From the NCBI GenBank assembly GCA_965215335.1, contig CBDCDA010000002.1, positions 608,001-672,000 of the forward strand: 64,000 nucleotides of DNA, in the 5' to 3' direction. The DNA comes from an uncultured Candidatus Entotheonella sp. GTDB taxonomy: Bacteria > Tectomicrobia > Entotheonellia > Entotheonellales > Entotheonellaceae. Under the pieces are notes generated by a model that saw only the letters and a list, made by a program, of their open reading frames with translations, was not told the DNA's origin and did no database searches. The position numbers and the translations under genes were made by a program. This document shows positions 18,223 to 27,370 of this stretch, piece by piece (the stretch's first letter is position 1; each line of letters begins with the position of its first letter).

Positions 18223-20943
18223 ATGGACCCCTGGTACAAAGTCGTCACGCTACGCGAGGAAGTGCGCGAAGGCCGCTCGTTCAGCCCGGACGAGTTCGCC
18301 ATCGCCCTGGAACAGGTGGTGGCCGGAACCGCTCCGGTCGATTACCACGACCCGGCCCAGTTCTTTTCCCGCACCTGTTTCACCCGTGCGCTGAAGGACC
18401 ATGCCGGCAGGGTTCTGCGGCGCCTGGCCGGCCAAACCGGGAACACGGCGCCGGTGCTTACCTTGGTCACCCAGTTCGGTGGCGGCAAGACGCACACCCT
18501 TACGATGCTCTACCACCTGGCCAAGGCCGGCACGGAAGCCGCCAAGCTGCCGGGCGTTGCCGACCTCCTGAACGAAGCCGGCATGGTAGAAGCTCCTGCC
18601 GCCCGTGTTGGCGTGTTCGTGGGCAACGCTTGGGATCCGGCCGATGGACGGGAAACGCCTTGGATCGATCTGGCTCGCCAACTGGCAGGCGAGAGAGGAG
18701 TGGCTGCGCTTGGCGCCGCCGCACGAACCACACCGCCAGGAACGGAAGCACTGGCCAAGGTATTCGCCGCTGCTCGATCTCCCGTGCTTCTGCTCTTCGA
18801 CGAGGTGCTCAACTTCGTCAACCGTCACCGGAACCTGGCCGAGAGCTTCCATGCCTTCATCCAGAACCTGACGGTCGCGGTCACCGGCACCACGCAAGCT
18901 GCAGCGGTCATCAGCCTGCCGCGCAGCCAAGTGGAGATGACCGACTGGGACCAGCAGTGGCAGGACCGTATCACCAAGGTGGTGCGCCGCGTTGCCCAGG
19001 AGTTGATCGCCAATGACGAGTCGGAAATCAGCGAAGTGGTACGACGACGATTGTTCAGGGACCTCGGCAACGATCGCGTTCGCAAGCGGGTCGCCAAGAC
19101 CTATGCGGACTGGTGCTTCGAGCGAACAGCCCGCCTTCCGAACGAATGGCTGGCGGTGGATATTCTCAGGGACCGATTCGAGGCGTGCTATCCCTTTCAC
19201 CCGGCGACTCTGTCGGTTTTCCAGCGAAAGTGGCGCGCGCTCGCCCAGTTTCAGCAGACCCGGGGGCATTGGCAATGCTGGCACAGTGGATTTCCTGGGC
19301 CGCTGGTGAGCAGTTTCAGAAGGCGAGAACAGAACCCCTGATTACACTGGGCTCCGCGCCCTTGCACGTGCCGGAATTTCGCGCCGTGATTCTCGGTCAA
19401 CTAGGGGAAGCGCGGCTCGACGCGGCCATCGACGCCGACCTCGCCGGGCCGATGGCGCATGCCCGAGCGCTGGATGCAGATGCCACAGGCGCGCTTCGCG
19501 ACATTCACCGTCGCGTAGGCACCACCATCCTGTTCGAGTCTTCCGGCGGGCAGGTTGACAAAGTGGCCCACTTGCCCGAACTGCGTTTCGCGCTGGGCGA
19601 TCCGGACGTGGATACCACCACGATCGACAGTGCTGCAACATCGCTGGAGGCACGCGGATTCTTTATTCGCAAGATTGGGACCGACGGCTATCGCATTCAC
19701 CACCAAGCAACTCTACGAAAGGTGGTCAGCGACCGGCAGGCTTCGCTGGACGAAGAAACGGACGTCAAGCCGGCCACCCGCAAGCTGGTCGATGGCATGT
19801 TCAGGCAAGGCGCCACCCTCTCCGTGGCCTGTTTCCCTGAAGACAGCGCCGCGGTGTCGGATTCCCCCCGCTTGACATTGGTCGTTCTCGATCCCGAGGT
19901 GGAATGGAACAGCGGCAGTGAGGTGGCTGAGCGCCTTGGGTGTTGGACCAAAGAACGAGGCCAGTCACCTCGACGCTATCCGGGCTCGCTGGTGTGGTGT
20001 GCCAAGAAACCGGGGCGTCAATTGAGGGAAAAGGTGGGCCTTGTGGCTTGCCTGGCAGCGCGTGGCACACGAGGTGGCGGAAGGTGTCTTGGGCACCGAT
20101 CTCGACCGCGCCGACCGTGCTGAAATACAGACCAGGCTCAAGGACGCAGAGGAAGCCGCCAGGGACGAGGTGTGGGCTGGCTACCGCTTCGTGGCCCTCT
20201 TGGATACGCAGGCGCCGCACGGGCTCAGGATCATCGACCTCGGGGCAGGTCATACCAGCGCCAGCGAGACACTCTGCGGGCGGATTATCGGCGTCCTGAG
20301 GTCCGAGGCCCTGCTGAACGAGAGCGTCAGCTCTGGTTACATCGACCGCCACTGGCCACCGACATTGGTGGAGACGGGGGCCTGGCCCATCACGGGTTTG
20401 CGGCAGAGCTTCCTCGACGGCTCGTTAACGCGGCTGATTGATCCCGATACAGTCCTTCGGCAACAGATCTCCGAGTTCGTGGCGCGGGGGGAATTCGGTC
20501 TGGCATCCAACGTCCGGGACGATGGCAGCTACGGCCGGCTGTGGTATGCGGAGCCGGTGCCGCCCGAAGAGATCGCGTTTGAATCCAGTGTCTTCCTGCT
20601 GACCAAGGTCAAAGCGGCAGCGCTCAAGGCGACCCTTGCCACAAGTACGACGTCGGGACCTGTTCCGGAGCCGGCGCCTACCCCAATCCCCGAACCTGTT
20701 CCCGAACCCTCCCAGGATCAATCGAAAGTAACGCTTCGACTTGCCGGTGCGGTACCCCCGGAAAGCTGGAACCGGTTCGGAAGCAAAGTATTGCCCAAGT
20801 TGCGCTCAGGCAACGAACTCAGCATGAGAGTCGAGTGCCTCGTTCGTGTCGAAGCTACGTTTGCTGGAAATATGGAGACAGACTTGCAACAGATTCTCGA
20901 TGATCTCGGGTTGGGGGACCGAATGCGGATTGAGAAGTCGTGA
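18223..20943 (+). CDS. DUF499-family AAA+ ATPase (BrxC-related); frameshifts at ~19262-19267 and ~20037-20041
   Basis: PWYKVVTLREEV, TQFGGGKTH (Walker A), LLLFDE (Walker B), YPFHP; ORFs 18223, 19113 and 20041 join with single-base corrections (TRGALAMLA; EKVxLWLAW). Confidence 0.87.
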
Positions 20944-21259
20944 ACGCCAACCGCAGCCTCGCTTGACTCGCTATCAGAGGCGATTTCCACAGGTAACGCC
21001 TGGGTGAAACGACGTCTGTCGTTGGGCCAAAGGTGTCGGCAACTGGGGCAATCGAGCTTTTCGGCATGGTTCGGTATGGGTGGATAATCTTGAGACGTTT
21101 CTGCACGGCCGTCAGTCTGACCTCTCTTGGCTACGATAACTCCCTCGCTGTCATGACCCGATGAAGGTGTTTCGGGTGCGATATGACCATCCCCGTCCTT
21201 GTGGTGCTATGTCTCACCTTGGTTGGGAGGTCTTCCGGCTAGGCTGTACAGAGCTCCGA

Positions 21260-21770
21260 TTAACGCAGGTGTCTGGCATAGCTCGCTAAACGACGGCGAA
21301 TCTCAGCTTTCGGGAGACGACAGCGCGGATGCACCGACATGGCGGTCAAGCCGTCGTGCAATTCCCGGATGCTCACGACGGAGCCAGCACGCATCTCGTC
21401 CAGAAGCCAAAGCACGCCATGGCATTCGACCCATTCGTTGGCCGCTAGCTGGCGGAGTGCGCTGTCACCGCTCAGCAGAACCCAGGACCAGGTTTGCGCG
21501 AGGGCGAGGGCGAAACAATCAGGAAGGGAAAGCGCAGGTACCTGCCGCCGGTAGACAAGGGCACGACTGACCCCCCTCGCCATCCAGTTTCTCAACGGAT
21601 AGGCCGAGCCTCATCAACTCATCGCCGCCCCGGTTGTTCAACTCTTGCCTGTATAACAGATCGGGGACAACAAATCTGTAAGGCAGGCGGAAACTGGCTT
21701 TCAGAAGAGACCCGCGCTCCAGATCAATCAGGACCGAGGTGTCGGAGACGAGTACATGCAAAGGCCTCAA
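21260..21770 (-). CDS. PIN-domain protein, frameshifted at the C-run ~21571-21576
   Basis: VLVSDTSVLIDL (PIN N-terminal Asp) in ORF 21519-21770; LSLPDCFALALA...LLSGDSALR...ECHGVLWLL in ORF 21260-21595. Confidence 0.78.
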
Positions 21771-22852
21771 ATTGCAGCCGCCTCGTGTTCGAAGGCTGGT
21801 GGCTCCTCCATCCGTTGATTCAGTTCGTGCACCGACACACCAAGCAACTCCGCTGCCTTGGATTCGGAGACGACCCCTTCGGCAAGGGCACGAAACGTGA
21901 GACGCTCAAAACGCTTCGGTTTCTCTCCTTCCCTCGCATATGGCTCCTTGTAGGGCGGGGTGCGCCAGCCGAGGCGGGTGAAAGCGTCGAACAGCCGCCG
22001 GAACAGGCTTTCACTGAAGATGCCCAAGTCTTTGCAGCGATACGTGATGGCCTGCACACTCGTGCCGAACACCCGCTTCAACTCCAGAAGCTCGCCCAAG
22101 CTGACTGACGTACGGCGTTTGCCGATCTTCGCCCACAGGGCGTCGGCAGGCATGAGGAAAGCCCCGGCAAACCGGTTTGCGGCCTTTTCCTCGTCCAGAC
22201 GGTTGGCGACCTCCATGACCAAATGCCCGAGTTCATGAGCCAGGGTGAAATACTGCTGCTCTCGCCAGTCATTGGCGTTGACCACGATGACCGGAAGGGG
22301 GCTCTTGCCGGCTCGACGGGCACGTGCCGTCAGACCGTCGATTTTCACGGAATCGACAGCAAGCACTTTAATGCCCTGTTCCTCAAACAACTCGATGAGG
22401 TTCGGGATCGGGTCGTTGCCAAGGCTCCAATGGTCCCGCAGGCTTTGGGCTGCGCGGTCGGCCTCGGAAATATCATGCACAACAGGATAGGGGGCCTCGC
22501 ACGGGCTGTGCCACTCGACACTCCGAAGGCCGAGCAGGTCTTCCACCAGCAGGTAGCGCTCCAGAAGGTGCAGTACCTTGGCTTCGACCCGGGCTTCCTC
22601 CCGTCGGCTCGTAATCTTTTTCTTCCTGAACTCCACCGCTTCGAGGACCATTTCCTGACCCCCGGCCAAGTAGTCCACCGACACGTCAAGGGCACTGGCG
22701 AGTGCGATCAGGACGGCCGATCCAGGCATGGATTCATTGCGCTCGTACTTGCCGATCGCCTGTGCCGTAACGAGATTGTCAATTCTTGCCTCCAACCTTC
22801 TCAGAGACAGGCCAGTGGCAGTGCGTGCCACCTTGAGTCGTGTCCCGATCAT
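21767..22852 (-). CDS. XRE-HTH fused to ImmA/IrrE metallopeptidase
   Basis: N-terminal HTH (RLKVARTATGLSLRRL...AIGKYERNESMP), FTLAHELGH, EKAANRFAGAFLMP. Confidence 0.92.
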   Translation of the reverse strand: MIGTRLKVARTATGLSLRRLEARIDNLVTAQAIGKYERNESMPGSAVLIALASALDVSVDYLAGGQEMVLEAVEFRKKKITSRREEARVEAKVLHLLERYLLVEDLLGLRSVEWHSPCEAPYPVVHDISEADRAAQSLRDHWSLGNDPIPNLIELFEEQGIKVLAVDSVKIDGLTARARRAGKSPLPVIVVNANDWREQQYFTLAHELGHLVMEVANRLDEEKAANRFAGAFLMPADALWAKIGKRRTSVSLGELLELKRVFGTSVQAITYRCKDLGIFSESLFRRLFDAFTRLGWRTPPYKEPYAREGEKPKRFERLTFRALAEGVVSESKAAELLGVSVHELNQRMEEPPAFEHEAAAI

Positions 22853-22868
22853 TGCTCTCTCCCCTATA

Positions 22869-22916
22869 TTGACAGTTTACAAATGTCAGTTTATCATAGA
22901 TTCCTGTAAACTATCA
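22869..22916 (+). promoter_or_regulatory. Sigma70-like promoter for CBASS overlapped by repeated operator-like sites
   Basis: TTGACA (22869-74)-N17-TATCAT (22892-97); TGACAGTTTACA (22870-81), TGTCAGTTTATC (22884-95) and inverted TGTAAACTATCA (22905-16). Confidence 0.7.
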
Positions 22917-22938
22917 GCCTCAAGATAGGAGTCACCAG

Positions 22939-24198
22939 ATGACGGTGAAAACAATCTCCCCGCAGCGATTCCTTACTGACCCGACGGATATCCTGATGGC
23001 CGACGTGGCTATCCGGGTTCAGCTCAGCCGAACGGATTATAGCAAGGCAGTCTCGCGATACCTGACGATAAATGCTTGGATTGAGCGTGACGCGAGCCCA
23101 TTGAAGGATCGTGTGGAGTTATTTTACCCGCAAGGTTCAATGGCTGTCGGAGCAACCATCGCCTCAAAACTGAGGACGGATGAGTTCGACATTGATGTAG
23201 TTGCCCAGCTGGACCTGGGGGACCATGTATCGCCACAGGTAGCCCTCGACTTGCTGTACAAGGCCATCCGTGGAGAGCCGGGGTCCAGATACCACGGAAT
23301 GGCAAAGCGCAGGACGCGGTGTGTGACAGTCGATTACAGGGATGACATGCACCTTGACGTCACGCCCGTGGTACGAATGTGGGGCACGCCGGAACGTCAA
23401 AGTTGGATATTCCACCACCGGCCGGAAGCACCACAGGAGCCAAGCCGCCGGCTCATCGCCAATCCTTATGGTTTTGCGGAATGGTTCAAGGACAACACGC
23501 CGCCAGATCATGCCTTCGCCGATATTTTTGAGGAACGCGCCAAGGAATATGAAAAACTGCTCATACTGGAGAAAGCCGACAACGACCCTGTTCCTCCGCA
23601 AGAGCCACCGTTCCGAAAGTCAAAGGCCGTCATCGTGCTGCAACTCCTGAAGCGTTGGCGCAACGTGCAGTACGATTCCCGACAGGGACGGCGACCGCCG
23701 TCAATCATGATCGCGAAGCTTGTGGCTGATGCAGCCAACCGTACGGAACGCCTGTCAGAGGAGTTGTTGTTTCAGGCGCGGCATATCTTGTCCGTTATGC
23801 GTCAAGCCCACAGTCAGGCTCGCCTCGTTCGCGTCGTCAACCCGGTCTGTGGACAGGACGTACTGACTGACCGCTGGCCGGAATCGCTACAGGCCCAAGC
23901 TCAGTTTATCCGTGATCTTGAGAATCTGGTGCTCAAGGCCGAGCAGTTGGTTGCAGGGTGCGATTTGGAAACAATGCAGAAAATCATGGTAAGTCTGTTC
24001 GGCGAAGCGCCTGCGATGGAGGCGGTCCGAGCATTCAACGAACGAACCGGAGGTGAGATTGGGAGCGGACGCACCAAGCACGACCCCCGAAATGGAAGGT
24101 TGGTTGTTCCGGCATCGGTGGCGAGTGTAGCGGTCCCCTCTGTCACCCGGTCAACGCCTCGACATACCTTCTATGGGGCTGAACGGAGAGGACAATGA
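22939..24198 (+). CDS. cGAS/DncV-like nucleotidyltransferase (CD-NTase) of CBASS
   Basis: YPQGSMAVGATI...DEFDIDVV, MHLDVTP, ANPYGFAEWF, LQLLKRWRN, PPSIMI, NPVCGQDVLTDRW; flexible tail ending RHTFYGAERRGQ. Confidence 0.92.
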   Translation: MTVKTISPQRFLTDPTDILMADVAIRVQLSRTDYSKAVSRYLTINAWIERDASPLKDRVELFYPQGSMAVGATIASKLRTDEFDIDVVAQLDLGDHVSPQVALDLLYKAIRGEPGSRYHGMAKRRTRCVTVDYRDDMHLDVTPVVRMWGTPERQSWIFHHRPEAPQEPSRRLIANPYGFAEWFKDNTPPDHAFADIFEERAKEYEKLLILEKADNDPVPPQEPPFRKSKAVIVLQLLKRWRNVQYDSRQGRRPPSIMIAKLVADAANRTERLSEELLFQARHILSVMRQAHSQARLVRVVNPVCGQDVLTDRWPESLQAQAQFIRDLENLVLKAEQLVAGCDLETMQKIMVSLFGEAPAMEAVRAFNERTGGEIGSGRTKHDPRNGRLVVPASVASVAVPSVTRSTPRHTFYGAERRGQ

Positions 24199-25477
24199 TC
24201 TTGTCCACATGGGATCAAGCCGAAGCGATGCGAAGAGGCTGGGCGACATTCAAAATTCTCAAACGCAATCGTCAATGCGCACTATGGGAAGGGATCGTCC
24301 AGCCTTTGAGCCAGACCTACACGGTCCAAGTATTTTTGCGCCAAGATCAAAGTCGCAAAAAAACCGCCTACGCACAAATCCCGCTGGTGACAGTGACTAG
24401 GTTCAGGACTCATAACCAGAAGATGACCGTGGCAGCAATACAGATGGCGCTGTAGAAAGTGTGCGCACAGCGATCATAGCGTGTGGCGATACGGCGCCAA
24501 TCCTTGAGGCGACCGAACAGGCGCTCGATGAGATTACGGCTCTTGTAAAGCTCCGTGTCGTAGACAATCGGCTCTTTACGATTGGCACGGCCTGGAATAC
24601 AGGGCTTGATCTTGCGCTCGGCAAGCGCCTTGCGCAGCCGGTTGCTGTCATAACCCTTGTCGGCAATCAGCACGTCGGCCTCCGGCAATGCGGGCAGCGC
24701 CATGTCTGCCCCGCGATAGTCGCTGACCTGGCCCGCAGTCAACACCATGACGACGGGCTTGCCGTCGCCGTCGCAGACGGCGTGAAGTTTCGAGTTGAGG
24801 CCGCCTCGGGTACGCCCGATATGGCGCGGAAAAGCCCCCCCTCGAGCAGGCTGGCAGCGGTGCGATGCGCCTTGAGATGCGTGCTGTCGATCATGACGGT
24901 CTCGGTGGCCGTGCTGTCGGCGGCCAGGGTTTGGAAGATGCGGTCGAAGACACCGGCCTTGCTCCAGCGCACGAAGCGGTTGTAGAGCGTCTTGTGGGGA
25001 CCGTAGCAGGCGGGCGCGTGGCGCCACATCAGACCGTATCGAATGACGTGGATGATGCCGCTGATGACCTTTCGGTCATCGACGCGCGGGACGCCGCGCA
25101 CCTTGTTGGGTAGCAGGGGTTGGAGTCGGGCAAACTGCGCATCGGAGAGCCAGAAGTGATGATCGGGCATGATGAACCTCCCCATGGAGTCAGGGTCTTG
25201 AATCCGATATGTTCAATGATAACCCTTTATAGGTCCTGAGCCTAATCCTCTGCTTCGCAGGCGGCTAGCAGATCCGTCCGATTCTATTCCGCACCACTAT
25301 CCTAACCAAGACCGACCTGAACTACCTTTCCTGTGTCTCTACGACCCGGATGCCCGAGAGTGGCATCCGGGCCTTGCGGTTTCCCGGACGATAATCCCCT
25401 GGACGATAGATTGGCTTGCCTGTTACGAGGGATGGCTTGCAACGGGTAAGTGGACAGGGGGCGGACGACATGGCTAG
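24195..25477 (+). pseudogene. Small E2-like CBASS accessory gene (~145 aa) split by an IS5-family insertion
   Basis: Removing 24400-25242 plus one TA restores the frame ...PLVTVT|NPLLRRR...IPHHYPN...FLCLYDPDAREWHP...TIIPWTIDWLACYEGWLATGKWTGGGRHG*; overlaps the CD-NTase stop and the patatin start. Confidence 0.85.
24400..25242 (-). mobile_element. IS5-family (IS427-group) element, copy 2, apparently complete (843 bp), TA target duplication
   Basis: IRs GGTTCAGGACTCATAA / TTATAGGTCCTGAGCC (13/16); TA at 24398-99 and 25243-44; two overlapping ORFs (24739-25185; 24410-~24850) typical of a frameshifted transposase. Confidence 0.92.
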
Positions 25478-26555
25478 TCAAGCAGGTTCCCCAAGGCATG
25501 GCAGTAGTGAGAACTCTCCCCCGAAACGCTCATCTGGGGCTCTCAAGCGACGTCGGGTACCACTCCCCTGGCCAGCAGACCAAGAATTTCGCATCCTTTC
25601 CATTGATGGCGGCGGCATCCGGGGAATATACCCGGCCACTTTTCTGGCAGGGCTGGAGGAGCGCTACCTGGAAGGTTCTTCGGTGGCGCAATACTTCGAT
25701 CTCATTGCCGGGACCTCAACCGGCGGGATCATTGCCCTTGGCCTTGCCGCCGGCCTGAAGGCCGCGTACTTACGCGATCTCTATGTTGACCGCGGTTGCG
25801 AAATCTTCCCGCCTATCAGAAGCGGAATCATTGGAGCGACACAACGCCTCCTAAGAAATGCCAGCCAATATGTCAAGTTCCGTTACGACCGCAAAGCACT
25901 GATGGGAATTTTGCATGACACGCTCGGCGACCGAAGGCTCGGTGAGGCAAAAACCCGCCTGTGTATCCCCTCATTCGAGGGTCGCTATGGGGAGGTCTAC
26001 ATCTTCAAGACTCCCCATCACCCGGACTTCCGAAAGGACGCGAGCGAGCGGATGGCAAAGGCCGCTGCCGCCACGGCAGCGGCTCCGACGTTTTTTGAGC
26101 CCCTACAAGACGGTGGTTACACGTTCGTTGACGGTGGAGTCTGGGCGAACAATCCGATCATGATAGCCCTTGTCGATGCGTTGTCCTGTTTTTCTGTGCC
26201 TCGTGACCGCGTGCGAATTCTAAGTCTGGGATGCGGGGACGATCCGTATATCGTTGGTCGCTCGAAGATACGACTCGGCGGTATATTGGCGTGGCGTCAA
26301 ATCATCTTCGCGGCTATGCGGCTTCAATCTCTGAATGCGCTCGGGCAAGCCGGGCTCCTAATTGGCGCGGACAGAATCATCCGGGCTAATCCTCCAACAA
26401 GGGATATCCAGATGGACGACTGGACCCACGCCGTCTCAGAACTGCCCGGTGCAGCGGAATCCACACTGGACGAATTAGGCGAAAACGTGTGCGCAATTTT
26501 CCTTTCGGAACCTGCAAGCCAATATGAACCTCTCATCAGAGAACCTTGGTCTTAG
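25470..26555 (+). CDS. Patatin-like phospholipase, CBASS effector (CapV-like)
   Basis: LSIDGGGIRG, AGTSTGG (GxSxG), VDGGVWANNP; ATG 25470 overlaps the E2-like gene end. Confidence 0.92.
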   Translation: MASQAGSPRHGSSENSPPKRSSGALKRRRVPLPWPADQEFRILSIDGGGIRGIYPATFLAGLEERYLEGSSVAQYFDLIAGTSTGGIIALGLAAGLKAAYLRDLYVDRGCEIFPPIRSGIIGATQRLLRNASQYVKFRYDRKALMGILHDTLGDRRLGEAKTRLCIPSFEGRYGEVYIFKTPHHPDFRKDASERMAKAAAATAAAPTFFEPLQDGGYTFVDGGVWANNPIMIALVDALSCFSVPRDRVRILSLGCGDDPYIVGRSKIRLGGILAWRQIIFAAMRLQSLNALGQAGLLIGADRIIRANPPTRDIQMDDWTHAVSELPGAAESTLDELGENVCAIFLSEPASQYEPLIREPWS

Positions 26556-26557
26556 GC

Positions 26558-27370
26558 TCATTCACGGGGCGGAGGGGTCGCAGACTCCAATGCTTCATGC
26601 AGCAAGGCATTAACCAGCCGGTTGCGGGTGGTTTCGTGCTCTGTCCGCGCGGCTTCCAACCGGTCGCACAGGGCCGTCAGTTCGTCGACTTTGGCGACGA
26701 TGCGATGTTGCTCGGCGAGGGGTGGCACGCTCAGTGGTAAGTCATAGGCATCAGAACGGCTTAGACCTGGCTTAACGCCTTTTCCAAGCGATCCGAGATC
26801 GAGCGTCTGGAGTCCGATCAACAGATATCGGAGATCAAAATAATCAGGCGCCTCGACGAAGTACGCAACGTCCGTGGTCCACGATGGGCTGGCACACAGG
26901 TTAAGCGCTCCGGCTGAACCTTTCCGGCCAATGATGATTGATGGCGTCTCAGTCAGCGGCGTCTCACAGTATCCTACGACCCCATTTGATCCGAACACCG
27001 GAACTGGTCCTTCAGCAAGGCGTTCGCCGGCCTTCATTCCTTTGCCGTACTGAAACTCCAATAGCGCCCCGACAGGGGCAACCAGCCAGCCGGATATGTC
27101 CGCTGGGCGCACTTGTTGAGGCTTGCGTTGTTTCCTTCCAATTGAAGATATTGACGCCGGCTCATCGTTCGGGTCTTGCGGCACCAACTTCCCCCGCACC
27201 GCCAAGTCGAGGATAAACCGCCGCAAACGCGAGATAGCGTCGGGCGCGTTGGCGATTCGATCAAAGTGCGTAAGCAGGCGTTCGGCGGCGAATGGATTCC
27301 CGCCGGCACGGGAATGATCCTTTGAGGCATTGGACGGCCTATTGTCATCGCCGCAACCGTTAGGCTTCAT
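26558..27370 (-). CDS. hsdS: Type I R-M specificity subunit, half-size (single TRD)
   Basis: RLRRFILDLAVRGKLVPQDPNDEPAS, one TRD (PVFGSNG, IIIGRKGSAG), VPPLAEQHRIVAKVDEL; only 270 aa. Confidence 0.85.
   Translation of the reverse strand: MKPNGCGDDNRPSNASKDHSRAGGNPFAAERLLTHFDRIANAPDAISRLRRFILDLAVRGKLVPQDPNDEPASISSIGRKQRKPQQVRPADISGWLVAPVGALLEFQYGKGMKAGERLAEGPVPVFGSNGVVGYCETPLTETPSIIIGRKGSAGALNLCASPSWTTDVAYFVEAPDYFDLRYLLIGLQTLDLGSLGKGVKPGLSRSDAYDLPLSVPPLAEQHRIVAKVDELTALCDRLEAARTEHETTRNRLVNALLHEALESATPPPRE

Noticed and set aside
10126..20943. Calling this canonical BREX or DISARM
   Set aside because: No PglZ, BrxA/B/L or DrmA/B-type genes recognisable in the cluster
20944..21259. Possible small gene between the DUF499 ATPase and PIN genes
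   Set aside because: No recognisable motif or convincing start
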